Shown: piece after piece, positions 63,149-64,000 of the stretch | Layout of the letters: each line of letters starts with the position of its first letter | Position numbering within the stretch: the stretch's first letter is position 1 | NCBI GenBank assembly: GCA_964016885.1 | Contig: OZ024740.1 | Coordinates: 172,856,001-172,920,000 of the forward strand | Origin: Eledone cirrhosa | Taxonomy: Eukaryota | Length of the DNA: 64,000 bases | Reading direction: 5' to 3' | Notes under the pieces: generated by a model | What the model was told of the DNA's origin: nothing | What the model saw: the letters and a program-made list of their open reading frames with translations, nothing else | The model's database searches: none | Position numbers and translations under genes: made by a program

Positions 63149-64000
63149 TTGAATTAGTAATCTATAGACAAGTACATATGTTGTTTAGGTGTATGATATT
63201 GTCAATACTCTGATATGCCCAGTTCCTTGTTGGGTTGTTAATTCACTGGGGAACTGGAGTCATATGAATTCAAACAAACGAATTTTAGTGTCACAGGTCC
63301 CCTTCTCCTCTCATTGGTCAGTTATTAGTGTTGTCATTGTTGGAGTTAGCTTAAAAATTGATAAAATGGTAGAAGGGACAAGGTGTTGAAGGAACAAAAT
63401 ATCAAAAAGTGTGTCAAACTTCCCATTGTTCAGTTCTGAGAGCATTCCTCAGTCAGAAGTCTATAGAATTCTTTCTGGGGTGAGGCTCCCTGTAGTGTTT
63501 ATGCCTGCTATTGTTCAGTACATTTGACCTCGACCATTATTTTGGTACTGTTGTTGTTGTAGTGGTCAGCTTATATCTTGCTGCTGCTAACAGTTTAGAA
63601 GTATTCAGTTTGTGTTTTCTCTTCATCCCACCCGCCACCATCGTAGTGGTGGCGGCGGGGGGGGGGGTTATTTCATGTATATGAAGAAATATAAGGCAAT
63701 AAATGAAGAAAACAGAAGATAAATAAATAATATAATAAAATAAAATAATTAATATAATTTGTGTAATTTGAAAATAAATAAATAAATAGAGAATAAAGAA
63801 TAAAGAGTAAATGAGAGATTGGTGAAAAAGTAATGATAATGTATATGGAGAAGTGAGAAATAATGTAGGATAAAGTGTGTGTGTGTGTGTGCTATAACCA
63901 ATCTCAAGGTCAGAATATGTTGGATAGATTGGTATGATACAAGATGTTAAGATGAGATATTCAATGTGTTTGTGTTATAATCTATCTCAACTTAAAATAA

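Larger units (their letters stand above)
58812..64000 (-). mobile_element. Naiad-type PLE tandem array, unit 4131 bp, running off the window end
   Basis: 58812 to ~59872 recurs at 62943-64000 with few differences; RT/EN ORFs lie between; (TA)n at the 3' end. Confidence 0.95.

Overview
AT-rich, microsatellite-saturated non-genic (intergenic or intronic) animal DNA. The SINE types and (TA)n load suggest a mollusc, probably a cephalopod such as Octopus (inference). No host protein-coding exon could be supported, and most ORF-track entries are translations of microsatellites. The window is dominated by Penelope-like retroelements (PLEs) inserted in (TA)n tracts. There are three divergent Naiad-type RT+GIY-YIG elements: 19.6-22.65 kb (minus, 5'-truncated with an inverted pLTR), 38.6-48.6 kb (plus, tandem array of a 4697-bp unit) and 58.8-64.0 kb (minus, tandem array of a 4131-bp unit). 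One disrupted non-Naiad PLE lies at 53.6-55.5 kb. About 13 minimal type I hammerhead ribozyme (HHR) motifs can be read directly. The most unusual signal is a set of short non-coding fold-back palindromes (at least 3 families, about 10 copies) whose centres fall inside or at the edge of a hammerhead motif. Also notable are inverted and direct duplications of flanking DNA around (TA)n tracts, and a 607-bp-unit retrozyme-like element with no recognisable ribozyme. The rest is tRNA-derived SINEs, decayed RTE, Hero, CRE, R4 and CR1-like LINEs, a pogo/Tc2-like MITE and probable non-autonomous Helitrons. Coordinates were read by eye, and the ends of decayed repeats are approximate.
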